Positions 51,385 through 62,439 of a stretch of 64,000 nt of DNA are shown one piece after another. Position 1 is the stretch's first letter; each line of letters starts with the position of its first letter. The notes beneath the pieces are model-generated. The model was given only the letters and a program-made list of their open reading frames with translations, made no database searches and was not told the origin of the DNA. Source of the DNA: Malacoraja senta (taxonomy: Eukaryota); contig CM075990.1 in the NCBI GenBank assembly GCA_038087875.1, positions 1,738,001 through 1,802,000 of the forward strand. Direction: 5' to 3'. Made by a program: the position numbers and the translations under genes.

Positions 51385-51932
51385 TGGTGGCACTCTGCTT
51401 GAAATGCTATGAAATTGAATTTGGTGGCCTGCACTGTGCTTGAAATGCTATGAAATTGAATTTGGTGGCCTGCACTGTGCTTGAAATGCTATGAAATTGA
51501 ATTTGGTGGCCTCCACTCTGCTTGAAATGCTATGAAATTGAATTTAGTGGCCTGCACTGCTTGAAATGCTATGAAATTGAATTAGATGGCCTGCACTCTG
51601 CTTGAAATGCTATGAAATTGAATTTGGTGGCCTGCACTCTGCTTAAAATGCTGTGAAATTGAATTTGTTGGCCTGCACTGTTTGAAATGGAATGAATTGA
51701 ATTTGGTGTCCTGCACTCTGCTTGAAATACTATGGAATTGAATTTGGTGGCCTGCACTCTGCTTGAAATGCTATGAAATTGAATTTGGTGGCCTGCACTC
51801 TGCTTAAAATGCTGTGAAATTGAATTTGGTGGCCTGCACCACTTGAAATGGTATGAAATTGAATTTGGTGTCCTGCACTCTGCTTGAAATACTATGAAAT
51901 TGAATTTGGTGGCCTGCACTCTGTTGAAATGG
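51385..51932 (+). repeat. 41-bp minisatellite, about 13 copies
   Basis: Unit gcactctgcttgaaatgctatgaaattgaatttggtggcct. Confidence 0.95.
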
Positions 51933-51950
51933 AATTTCAAGGAATAGCCA

Positions 51951-52145
51951 TGAGTGAACTGCCAGCCCACCAGCCCTGAGTGACTGAGCTGCAAGCCCAT
52001 CAGGCCTGAGTGAGCTGCCAGCCCACCAGGCCTGAGTGACTGGGCTGCCAGCCTACCAGGCCTGAGTGACTGAGCTGCTAGCCCATCAGGCCTGAGTGAC
52101 TGAGCTGCCAGCCCACCAGGCCTGAGTGAATGAGCTGCCAGCCCA
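51951..52145 (+). repeat. 30-bp minisatellite, about 6.5 copies
   Basis: Unit tgagtgactgagctgccagcccaccaggcc. Confidence 0.92.
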
Positions 52146-52217
52146 AAAATCCATTCGGCCCACAATGTCCATACTTGCCCTCTGGAAATCAGTCCCTTTG
52201 GCCCACAACACCCATAC

Positions 52218-54217
52218 TCTACAATAATTATAGGCAGCATGGAGTAAATGAGGTGCTTGAGGAGTATAAAGAATGTAAAAAGAATATTAAGAAATAAATT
52301 TGAAAAGCTAAAAGAAGATATGAGGTTGCTTTGGCAAGTAAGGTGAAAGTAAATCCAAAGGGTTTCTATAGGTATATTAATAGCAAAAGGATAACAAAGA
52401 ATAAAATTGGTCCATTAGAGAGTCAGACTGGACAGCTATCTGCAGAGCCAAAAGAGATGGGGGAGATATTGAACAATTTATTTTCTTCGGTATTCACCAA
52501 GGAGAAGGATATGGAATTATGTGAGGTAAGGGAAACAAGCAGAGTAGCAATGGAAACTATGAGATTCAAAGAAGAGGAGGTGCAGACACTTTTGAAAAAT
52601 ATGAAAACGGATAAGTCTCCAGGTCCTGACAGGATATTCCCTAGGACATTGAGTGAAGTTAGTGTAGAAAGAGCAGGGGCTATGACAGAAAAAATTCAAA
52701 TGTCATTAGAAATGGGAATAGTGCCGGAGGATTGGCGTACTGCGCATGTTGTTCCGTTGTTTAGAAAGGGTTCTAAGAGTAAACCTAGCAATTATAGACC
52801 TGTTAGTTTGACGTCAGTGGTGGGCAAATTAATGGAAAGGATACTTAGAGATAATATATATAAGCATCTGGATAAGCAGGGTCTGATTAGGAACAGTCAA
52901 CATGGATTTGTGCCTGGAAGGTCATGTTTGACTAGTCTTCTTGAATTTTTCGAAGAGGTTACTAGGGAAATTGATGAGAGTAAAGCAGTGGATGTTGTCT
53001 ATATGGACTTCAGTAAGGCCTTTGACAAGTTTCCTCATGGAAGGTTGGTTAAGAAGATTCAATTGTTGGGTATTAATGGTGGAGTAGCAAGATGGATTCA
53101 ACAGTGGCTGAATGGGAGATGCCAGAGAGTAATGGTGGATGGCTGTTTGTCAGGTTGGAGGCCGGTGACTAGTGGGGTGCCTCAGGGGTCTGTGTTGGGT
53201 CCACTGTTGTTTGTCATGTACATCAATGATCTGGATGATGGTGTGGAAATTGGATTAGTAAGTATGCAGATGATACTAAGATAGGTGGTGTTGTGGATAA
53301 TGAAGTAGATCTTCAAAGTCTACAGAGAGATTTAGGCCATTTGGAAGAGTGGGCTGAAAGATGGCAGATGGAGTTTAATGCTGATAAATGTGAGGTGCTA
53401 CATCTCGGCAGGAGAAATCAAAATAGGACGTACTTGGTAAATGGTAGCGAATTGAGGAATGCAGTTGAACAGAGGGTTCTAGGAATAGCTGTGCATAGTT
53501 CCCTGAAGGTGGAATCTCATGTAGATAGGGTGGTAAAGAAAGCTTTTGATGTGCTGGCCTTTATAAATCAGAGCATTGAATATAGAAGTTGGGATGTAAT
53601 GTTAAAATTGTACAAGGCATTGGTGAGGCCAATTCTGGAGTATGGAGTACAATTTTGGTCGCCTGATTATTGGAAGGATGTCAACTAAATAGAGAGAGTA
53701 CAGAGGAGATTTACTAGAATGTTGCCTGGGTTTCAGCAACTAAGTTACAGAGAAAGGTTGAACAAGTTAGGTCTTTATATTTTGGAGTGCAGAAGGTTAA
53801 GAGGGGACTTGATAGAGGTCTTTAAAATTATGAGCGGGTTAGACAGAGTTGACGTGGATAAGCTTTTCCCATTGAGAGTAGGGACGATTCAAACAAGGGT
53901 ACATGACTTGAGAATTAAGGGACAGAAGTTTAGGGGTAACATTAGGGGGAACTTCTTTACTCAGAGAGTGGTAGCTGTGTGGAATGAGCTTCCAGTGGAA
54001 GTGGTGGAGGCAGGTTCGATTTTATCCTTTAAAAATAGATTGGATGGGTATATGGACGGGAAAGGAATGGAGGGTTATGGTCTGAGTGTAGGTAGATGGG
54101 ACTAGGGGGAAGTAATATATATTTTTTTTTAAATAATATATATATTTTTTAATGTTCGGCACGGACTTGAAGGGCCGAGATGGCCTGTTTCTGTGCTGTA
54201 ATGGTTATATGGTTATA
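52218..54217 (+). mobile_element. CR1 LINE (second subfamily), 5'-truncated
   Basis: ORFs 52331-53284, 53293-53688 and 53719-54105; near-identical to 20755-22860. Confidence 0.93.
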
Positions 54218-54319
54218 GTGCTCCAGAAAGCCCCCCCCCCCCCCCCCCCACTGGCCACCAATATTTGAATTGGTGGAGAGGTCGAATATTGCGTTGGGGG
54301 ACCAGCCCTCCCGTGTCAT

Positions 54320-54939
54320 TGTCAGAAGTGGGATTCATAGATACATAGAGAATAGATGCAGGAGTAGGCCATTCGGCCCTTTGAGCCAGCATTGCCAATC
54401 AATGTGATCATGGCTGGTCATCCACAATCAGTACCCCATTCCTGCCTTCTCCCCATAACCCTTGATTCCGCTAGATCTAAGAGCTCCATGTAACTCTCGC
54501 TTGAATGCATCCAGTGAAATCAGCCTCCACTGCCTTCTGAAGCAGAGAATTCCACAAATTCACAACTCTCTGTGTGAAAAACGTTTTGCTTATCTCAGTT
54601 CTAAATGGCCTACCCCTCATGTGGCCCTTGGTTCTGGACTCCCGCCAACATCGGGAACATGTTTCCTGCATCCAGCATGTCCGATGTCTTAATAATTTTA
54701 TGTTTCTATAAAATATCCTCTCATCCTTCTAAATTCCAGTGAATACGAGCTCAGTTGTTCCATTCTTTCATCATATGACAGTCCCACAATCCGGGGAATT
54801 AACCTTGTGAACCTCCGCTGCATTCCCTCAAAAGCAAGAATATCCTTCCTCAAATTAGGAAGGACAAAACTGCACACAATACTCCAGGATTCGAACCCAC
54901 ACCTCCAATGGAGAATGCGACCTGAAAGCAGTACCTTAG
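54320..54939 (-). pseudogene. tRNA-Leu(CAG) pseudogene split by CR1 (pieces 54887-54939 and 54320-54336)
   Basis: Minus strand ...TTCAGGTCGCA...GGGTTCGAATCC [CR1] GAATCCCACTTCTGACA; 5' part eroded. Confidence 0.85.
54337..54886 (-). mobile_element. 5'-truncated CR1 with 6-bp TSD GAATCC
   Basis: ggattc at 54331-54336 and 54887-54892; complete CR1 3' tail. Confidence 0.88.
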
Positions 54940-55660
54940 TGACAGGCGGTTAGTGCTACACGCGGTTAGTACACAGTTTACTTGGCCTTACAAATCAGTG
55001 GGAAAGATTACAGCCCACTCTCGTCGTCCGTGCCTCAGGCTCTCACTTGTTGTATGCCCATCTATGCATTGTGGCAGTGTTTCCTGACGACATCCTTTCC
55101 CAAGTAAAACCTTCAGGTACCTGAAACATCTTCTTTGGATTGCACATTGTTTACATCTATTTGAACAAACGTCAGATAGCATGGAGTAACTAACGTGACA
55201 ATTATGCCCCCAGCCGTGATATCATACTCATGCTTCACCTCTCAATCGGATCGGATTTGATCTACTCCAGGTCTTAAGACCTCCTCCTTTTTACACGACC
55301 AGTCCCGTAATTCGAGGCAATGTCCCCTCGTTGCAAAAGCGCTCGGTGTGAACACATCTTGGCATCTACCTTGTTATACCCCTTTGGATCATATATGTTT
55401 ATTAAATTCCCTATATTCCCCCTAAATTCTACAGGATAGGGACCAAACTTGTTTAGGCTCTTGTGATAGGCGACAAGAACTGAACGCGAAGGAGGAATGG
55501 AGAGAAAGAAGCATTCAAGATCTTCACCTCATGTTTATGGAGACATTCTTGTGCGCACCTTCTGCTTTCAGGAAACATAAATGAGACTGATAAATAGCAA
55601 ATTGCTTGATAAGAGAAGCTCAGATTTCGAAATGATTTAATCAAAACCACTCATGATTCA

Positions 55661-55742
55661 CGACGAGGATGGGATTCGAACCCACGCATGCAAAGCACAA
55701 TGGATTAGCAGTCCATCGCCTTAACCACTCGGCCACCTCGTC
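55661..55742 (-). tRNA. trnS-GCU: tRNA-Ser(GCT)
   Basis: GACGAGGTGGCCGAGTGGTTAAGGCGATGGACTGCTAATCCATTGTGCTTTGCATGCGTGGGTTCGAATCCCATCCTCGTCG, 82 nt. Confidence 0.96.
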
Positions 55743-56597
55743 TCCTTTTTGGGAGGGTTAGGACTGTTTTCCATCTCTGATAGTCTGCTTTCAATGTAAA
55801 GATTTGCATGCATTTAATGTAATAGAATTGATTGATCCCGTACCTCACATGGCGTTTTAATCGTCAGTATGCAGAATCGGAGACTCTGTGAATACCGGGA
55901 AATTAGGTTTTGGTGCCAGTGATCTTAAGTCTCTGCAAACTGACGATTAAAACGGCATGTGCATCTCCAGGATCAATCAATTCAATCACATCAAATGCAT
56001 GCGGATCTTTACATTGAAAGCAAAAGACATTAAAGATAGTCGAAGTTGTGCAGGCACTGCAGGGCAGCTGGTAAATCATACTTATGGGTGCTTTACACAA
56101 CGTGCTGGGAAGGAATCACCAGATGTAGAAGGGGTCCATGGTGAACATGACAGACAGATATTTGAAAGCCCGGGTGCTTGAAGAGATGGCAGCAATATTG
56201 TGTGTAGGATGGAACTGCAGATGCTGGTTTACACCGAAGAGAGACACAAAATGCTGGAGTAACTCAGTGGGCCTGGCACCATCTCTGGAGAAATGAATAG
56301 GGGACGTTTCGGATCGAGACCATTCTTCAGAATGAGATTCAGGGATGTGGGTAACTAGCGGTATGAAAAGGTACGGGACAAAGCAGAGATTACTCTGATG
56401 ACCAAAGAGCCTACAATGGTCCATTGTTGAATGAGGAGGAGGTGAGTAAGAACAGTGAAACTATCAAAACGACTGGGGTGGGAGAGTGATGGGGAGAGAA
56501 AGGTAATGCAAGGGTTACCTGAAATTAGAGACATCAATTATCATACTTGCTGTGTTCTTAGGAATGAAATTAGGTTCATTTAAGATGTTTCATGTAC

Positions 56598-56949
56598 AAT
56601 TTTGGAGTTAAATCTAATTAGGGGTTGGGTGATGGGTGGGGAGGGACGCGAGGCAGGTATATCATCACCTTTTTTTTCTTCTTTCTGTTTTTGTCTTTTT
56701 ATTTCTTTACGTCTTCCTTATTTCTTTTGCTTACTCACTCTTTGGCTACACTACTTTGGTAGTCTAGGGGTTCTATCCTTGCACACTCCAATTTTTCTCT
56801 CTCTTGATTTTTCTCTCTTCTTTTCTCTTAACTATAGCTAAAAGTCAAAATTCAAGCTGTATAATAACTGTATTATGTCATATGCCGCTGGTTATATTTT
56901 TGTACACTTGCTTCTGATAAATAAAAAAATAAAAAAATGTTTAAAAAAT
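56598..56949 (+). mobile_element. Short poly-A-tailed retroposon (L1-type 3' UTR)
   Basis: 13-bp TSD atgtttcatgtac at 56585-56597 and 56950-56962; A-rich tail. Confidence 0.8.
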
Positions 56950-57393
56950 ATGTTTCATGTACTAGAGAATGTATTCATTATGTGCGGAGTCCAATGTTGT
57001 GCTTCAATAAACTCACCGCGACGGACGTTTAGGTGTGAAGTTAGAAATGACTTTGACAAGCAATGGGTAGATGATATGTCAGAGCTGTTCTAAGACAACT
57101 GAACCATCCTCTCACCAGCTATAGAGTGGTCCTGGCCTTCCATCTACCTCATCGGAGATATTCGAGCTATCTTTAATCGGAATTTACTGGATGTTATATT
57201 GTACTACAGACAGTGTGGATTGAAAAGCTTCACTATGTTCCCAAAACATAACAATAAGCCTGGAAATAGGAAGCGTTTTAGGTTTTTCCAAAATCTGCCA
57301 TTGGAAAGCGAAGAGCGCACACAAAAGCTAAAGTGCAAAACATGAAAGCAGACTATCAGTGATGGAAAACAGACCTAACCCTCCAGAAAAGGA

Positions 57394-57475
57394 GACGAGG
57401 TGGCCGAGTGGTTAAGGCGATGGACTGCTAATCCATTGTGCTTTGCATGCGTGGGTTCGAATCCCATCCTCGTCG
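57394..57475 (+). tRNA. trnS-GCU: tRNA-Ser(GCT)
   Basis: Identical 82-nt sequence in the opposite orientation. Confidence 0.96.
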
Positions 57476-58362
57476 TAAATCGTGACATTTGGCAGACCTG
57501 AGTGGTTTTGATTAAATCATTTCGAAATCTGAGCTTCTCTTATCATCAAGCAATTTGACATTTATCAGTCTCATTTATGTTTCCTGAAAGCAGAAGGTGA
57601 GTGCAAGAATAAGTCTCCATAAAGATGGGGTGAAGATCCTGACTGCTTCCTTCTCTTCATTCCTCCTTCGCGTTCAGTTCTTGTTGCCTATCACAAGAGC
57701 CTAAACACATTTGGTCCCTATCCTTTAGTATTTAGGGGGAATAAAGGAGATCTTACTAAACATATATGATCCAAAGTGGTATAACAAGGTAGATGCCAAG
57801 ATTTGTTCACGCCGAGCGCGTTTGCAACGAGGGGATATTGCCTCAAATTACGGGACCGGTCATGTAAAATTGAGGTACTTATCTCATCCAGCTATTAGTA
57901 TTGGTTCCAGGATACAGTATTGGGTATCTTTTCTTCTCAGACGCATAAATGTCTTCACAAAGGGCAGCGAATCACTGAGAGTTTCCACTGACAAGATTTA
58001 TGTTTGTTACATTTAGTGGACAATATATTTTGAAAGATCGGGATTTGCGTAGTAGGAAAATTTCCAAAGGAGAAGGTCTTAAGACCTGGAGTAGATCAAA
58101 TACGATCCGATTGAGAGGTGAAGCATGAGTATTATATCACGGCTGGGGGCATAATTGTCACGTTAGTTACTTCGTCCTAGCTGACGTTTCTTCAAATAGA
58201 TGCAAACAATGTGCAATCTAACCTGAAGGTTTTGATTGGGAAAGGACATTGTCTGGAAACAGAGCCACAATGCATAGATGGGCATACGACGAGTGAGAAC
58301 CTGAGGCATGGATGACAAGGGTGGGCTATATGGCCAAATAAACTGTGTACTAACCGCATGTA

Positions 58363-58434
58363 GTCAGGATGGCAGAGTGGTCTAAGGCACTGCTTTCAGG
58401 TCACAGTCTCCACTGGAGGCGTGGGTTCGAATCC
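58363..58434 (+). pseudogene. tRNA-Leu(CAG) 5' portion fused to CR1 (58435-58595)
   Basis: GTCAGGATGGCAGAGTGGTCTAAGGCACTGCTTTCAGGTCACAGTCTCCACTGGAGGCGTGGGTTCGAATCC then CR1 tggaatattgtgtgcag. Confidence 0.88.
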
Positions 58435-58732
58435 TGGAATATTGTGTGCAGTTTTGGCCTCCTAATTTGGGGAAGGATATTCTTGCTATTGAGGGAATGC
58501 AGTGTAGGTTCACGAGGTTAATTCACGGGACACAGGATTGCGGGACTGTCATATGATGAAAGAATGGAGCGACTGAGCTTGTACTCACTGGAATTAAGAT
58601 CACCAAAACCTAATTTCCCGGTATTCACAGAGTCTCCGATGACGGGAATTCTCCCTGTGTAGCGCCTCTCACTGCCTCGCCATCAATCCATTGCAGCCCA
58701 GGACAGGGTTTCAATAGATGGCTCTTAACATC

Positions 58733-59921
58733 TAGTCAAGTCAAGTTTACTAGTAACACACACATACAAGATGTGTAGTGAAATGAAAGTGGCAATGCCT
58801 GTGGATTGTGTGTAGTGAAATGAAAGTGGCAATGCCTGTGGATTGTGTGTAGTGAAATGAAAGTGGCAATGCCTGTGGATTGTGCAAAAATAACAGACCA
58901 ACAGAACAGAATAGAACAGAACCAGATATTTTTTTACAATAAAAAAAAAAAGACACAACACAACAGTAAATTAGTAAATTGGTCCCTGGTGAGATAAGAG
59001 TTTACAGTCCTGATGTCCTGTGGAAGAAACTCCGTCTCATCCTCTCTGTTTTCACAGCGTGATAGAGAAGGCACTTGCCTGACCGGAGCAGCTGGAACAG
59101 TCCATTGCTGGGGTGGTAGGGGTCCCTCATTATGTTGCTGGCTCTGGATCTGCACCTCCTGGTGTATAGGTCCTGCAGGGGGTGAGTGTTGTTCCCATGG
59201 TGCGTTCGGCTGAACGCACTACTCTCTGCAGAGCATCCCTGTCCTGTGCAGAGCTGTTCCCAAACCAGATTGAGATGTTACAAGATGCTTTCTACAGCCC
59301 CAGAGTAGAAGCACTGAAGGATCCTTAGAGAGACTCTGAATTTCTTCAGCTGCCCAAGGTGGTAAAGGCGCTGCCTTGCCTTACTCACCAGTGTAGCAAT
59401 GTGTGTTCTCCATGTCAGATCCTCTGTGATGTGGACTCCCAGGTATTCAAAGCTGCTCACTCTATCCACAGTAGTCCCATTTATCTCCAGTGGCGTGTAT
59501 GTCCTCGGATGTTGAGCCCTTCTAAAGTCCACAATCAGCTCCTTAGTTTTAGTGACATTCAAGAAGAGGCTGTTGTCCTGACACCAGAGTGCCAGGTCAG
59601 CCACCTCCTCCCGGCAGGCCTTCTCGTCGTTATCGGAAATGCGGCCCACCACCACTCATCAGCAAACTTGATGATGGAGTTGGAGCTGAACCTGGTCACA
59701 CTGTCATGTGTGTACAGGGAGTACAGTAGGGGGCTCAGGACACAACCCTGGAGGGATCCTGTGTTCAGGGTGAGGGGGTTGGAGGAATGTCTCCCCATCT
59801 TGACCATCTGGGGCCTGGCGATGAGAACGTCCAGGACCCAGGCACACAGGGGAGTGTTCAGCTCCAGTTCCAGCAGCTTCTCAGCAAGGCTGGAGGGGAC
59901 TATGGTATTGAAAGCTGAACT
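58733..59921 (-). mobile_element. Rex1/Babar LINE, 5'-truncated, with three 37-bp repeats in the 3' UTR (58772-58885)
   Basis: FSSAFNTIVP...LNTGSLQGCVLSPLLYSLYTHD...KFAD; KTKELIVDFRR; KARQRLYHL; gacttgact tail. Confidence 0.88.
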
Positions 59922-60447
59922 GAACATCATCGCTCCCTCCGTCATCAGCACCAGTTTTAAAGCTTTGGATGCTTCGTAATTTCCTTGCACATCTCGGAAC
60001 AGGCCCTCGTCATTAGATTCAAATAAATATAGAAACGTTTACCACAAATACGGTCCCTCATGGCCCACCACGCCCATATCGTCCGTGACGCCCTCTACGC
60101 CAATACGATTTTCCCGTTTTGGTCCGTACCCATCCATTCTTTTCCAGAGAGTCGAGTCAAGAGTGTTTAATTGTGATATGTACCGACAATGGCACAACAA
60201 AATGCTTTCTTGTAGTGGTATAATAAACCTGAAAGACAATAGATAGCATTAAAAAATAATAAATAAAGTTGTTTACTCCACAGTATAACTGTCGGCTAAT
60301 TCTGCTGTGAAGTCAGAGAACTGGTGGGCAGTTAACTGCCGCCATCTCTCCGTAATATCATGCAATAAAGTCCCTTGAAGAAAACGTACGAAGTCTGTTG
60401 CTTTTCGTTTTCCTTTAATTTCCCTCTACATTAATTTCTTCCACAGA

Positions 60448-61958
60448 TTTTTTTCCTGCATCTAGCATGTCAAGTCCTTTTATAAATTTATATGTTTCTA
60501 TAAATGAGATCCCCACTCATCCGTCTAAATTCCAGTGAATACAAGCCCAGTCTTTCCAATCTTTCCTCATATGACAGTCCCGCCATCCCGGGGATTAACC
60601 TCGTGAACCTACGCTGCACTGTCTCAATAGTAAGGATGTCCTTCCTCAAATTAGGAGACCAAAACTTCACACAATACTCCAGATGCGGTCTCACCAGGGC
60701 CCTGTACAACTGCAGAAGGACCTCGTTACTCCTATACTCAAATCCTCTCGTTATGAAGGCCAACAAGCTTTTTCACTGCCTGCTGTACCTGCATGTTTAC
60801 TTTCAGTGACTGGTGTACAAGGACACCCAGGTCTAGTTGCACTTTAATTTTTCCTTATTTGACACCATTGGGATAAATAAAACTGCCACCTTATTCTTGC
60901 CGCTAAAGTGGATAACCTCACATTTATCCACATAATACTGCATCTGCCATGCATCTGCCCACTCACTCAACCTGTCCAAGTCACCCTGCAACCTCCCAGC
61001 ATCCTCTTCACATTTCACACTGCCAGCCAGCTTTGCGTCATCTGCAAATTTGCTAGTAAAACTTTTAGTTCCATCATCAAAATCATTAATATATGTTGTA
61101 AATAGTTGCGGCCCCAGCACCGAGCTTTCAGGCACTCCACTCGCCACTGCCTGCCATTCTGATGGGGACCCATTTATTCCAACTATTTGTTTCCTGTCTG
61201 CCAACCAATTCTCCATGCATATCAATACCCTACCCCCAATACCATGTGCTCTAATTTTGCGCACTAATCTCCTGTGTGGGACCTTATCAAAGGCTTTCTG
61301 AAAGTCCAAAAACACTATATCCACTGGCTTTCCTTCATTCATTTATCTTGTCACATCTTCAAAAATTTCCAGATGATTAGTCAAGCAGGATTTCCCCTTC
61401 ATAAATCCATGCTGACTTGGACCAATCCGTTTACTGCTATCCCCACCGCCGATGTCAGGCTAACTGGTCTATAATTCCCCCTTTTCTCTCTCGCTCCTTT
61501 CTTGAAAGGTGGGATAACATTAGCTACCCTTGAGTTCTCTTATTAAATCTGGTTCATTGGACAAGACTAAATCCAGAAGTGCCTTCTCTCTGGTAGGCTC
61601 CAGTACAAACTGCTCTAAGAATCCACCTCATAGGCACTCTACAAACTCCCTTTCTTGGGGTCCAGAACCAACCTGATTTTCCCAGTCTATGTGCATATTG
61701 AAATCTCCCATAACCACAGTGGCATTACCTTTGTTACATGCCAATTTTAACTCCTGCTGCAACTTGCACCCTATCCCCAGGCTAATGTTTGGGGGCCTGT
61801 AGATAACTCCCATTAGTGTCTTCTTACCTTTACAATTCCTCAATTCTATCCACAGCGACTCTACATCTTCAGTCCCTATGTCACCCCTCGCAAGGGACTG
61901 AATTTCATCCCTCAGCAACAGAGCTACTCCACCTCCCTGCCCACCTGCCTGTCCTTCT
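60448..61958 (-). mobile_element. CR1 (EN and RT fragments with internal deletions) running into the gap
   Basis: VIYRPP...MGDFN; DFQKAFDKVPH; SKFADDAKL; RPHLEYCVKFWSP. Confidence 0.9.
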
Positions 61959-62158
61959 NNNNNNNNNNNNNNNNNNNNNNNNNNNNNNNNNNNNNNNNNN
62001 NNNNNNNNNNNNNNNNNNNNNNNNNNNNNNNNNNNNNNNNNNNNNNNNNNNNNNNNNNNNNNNNNNNNNNNNNNNNNNNNNNNNNNNNNNNNNNNNNNNN
62101 NNNNNNNNNNNNNNNNNNNNNNNNNNNNNNNNNNNNNNNNNNNNNNNNNNNNNNNNNN
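61959..62158. other. Assembly gap (200 N)
   Basis: Run of N. Confidence 1.
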
Positions 62159-62439
62159 GCAGCAAGCAAGAATTTCATTGTCCTATCTGGGACACATGAC
62201 AATAAACTCTCTTGACTGGACTTGACTTAAGGTAGATGCAGGAGTACTCACGGACAGAGGCAACAAAACACACAGAATGAGGCCGGAGCAGTCTGAAGGT
62301 GGACCTCGACCCGATAAATTCACCTATTCCTTTTCTCCAGAAATGCTGCTTGACCCGCTGATTTACTCCAGCATTCTGTAGCATTCTGTCTATCTTAAGA
62401 GCAATCAAAGACAGAAGCAGGTGGAGTCACGGGCAGGGG

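Larger units (their letters stand above)
50950..54316 (+). mobile_element. Probable non-autonomous Helitron-like element carrying minisatellites, split by CR1
   Basis: Begins a|tctacagtatataattaaaag (TC start, no TIR); sequence appears to resume after the CR1 at 54217; no 3' hairpin/CTRR seen. Confidence 0.4.
54733..58595. repeat. Inverted segmental duplication (arms about 54733-55793 and 57343-58595)
   Basis: Arms align as reverse complements, including tRNA-Ser, flanks and the tRNA-Leu/CR1 junction. Confidence 0.9.

Noticed and set aside
51385..51932. CRISPR-like regular array and the 223-aa ORF 51569-52240
   Set aside because: Head-to-tail minisatellite with no unique spacers and no cas genes; the ORF is repeat translation.
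58772..58885. Three 37-bp direct repeats
   Set aside because: No spacers; tandem duplication in a Rex1 3' UTR.
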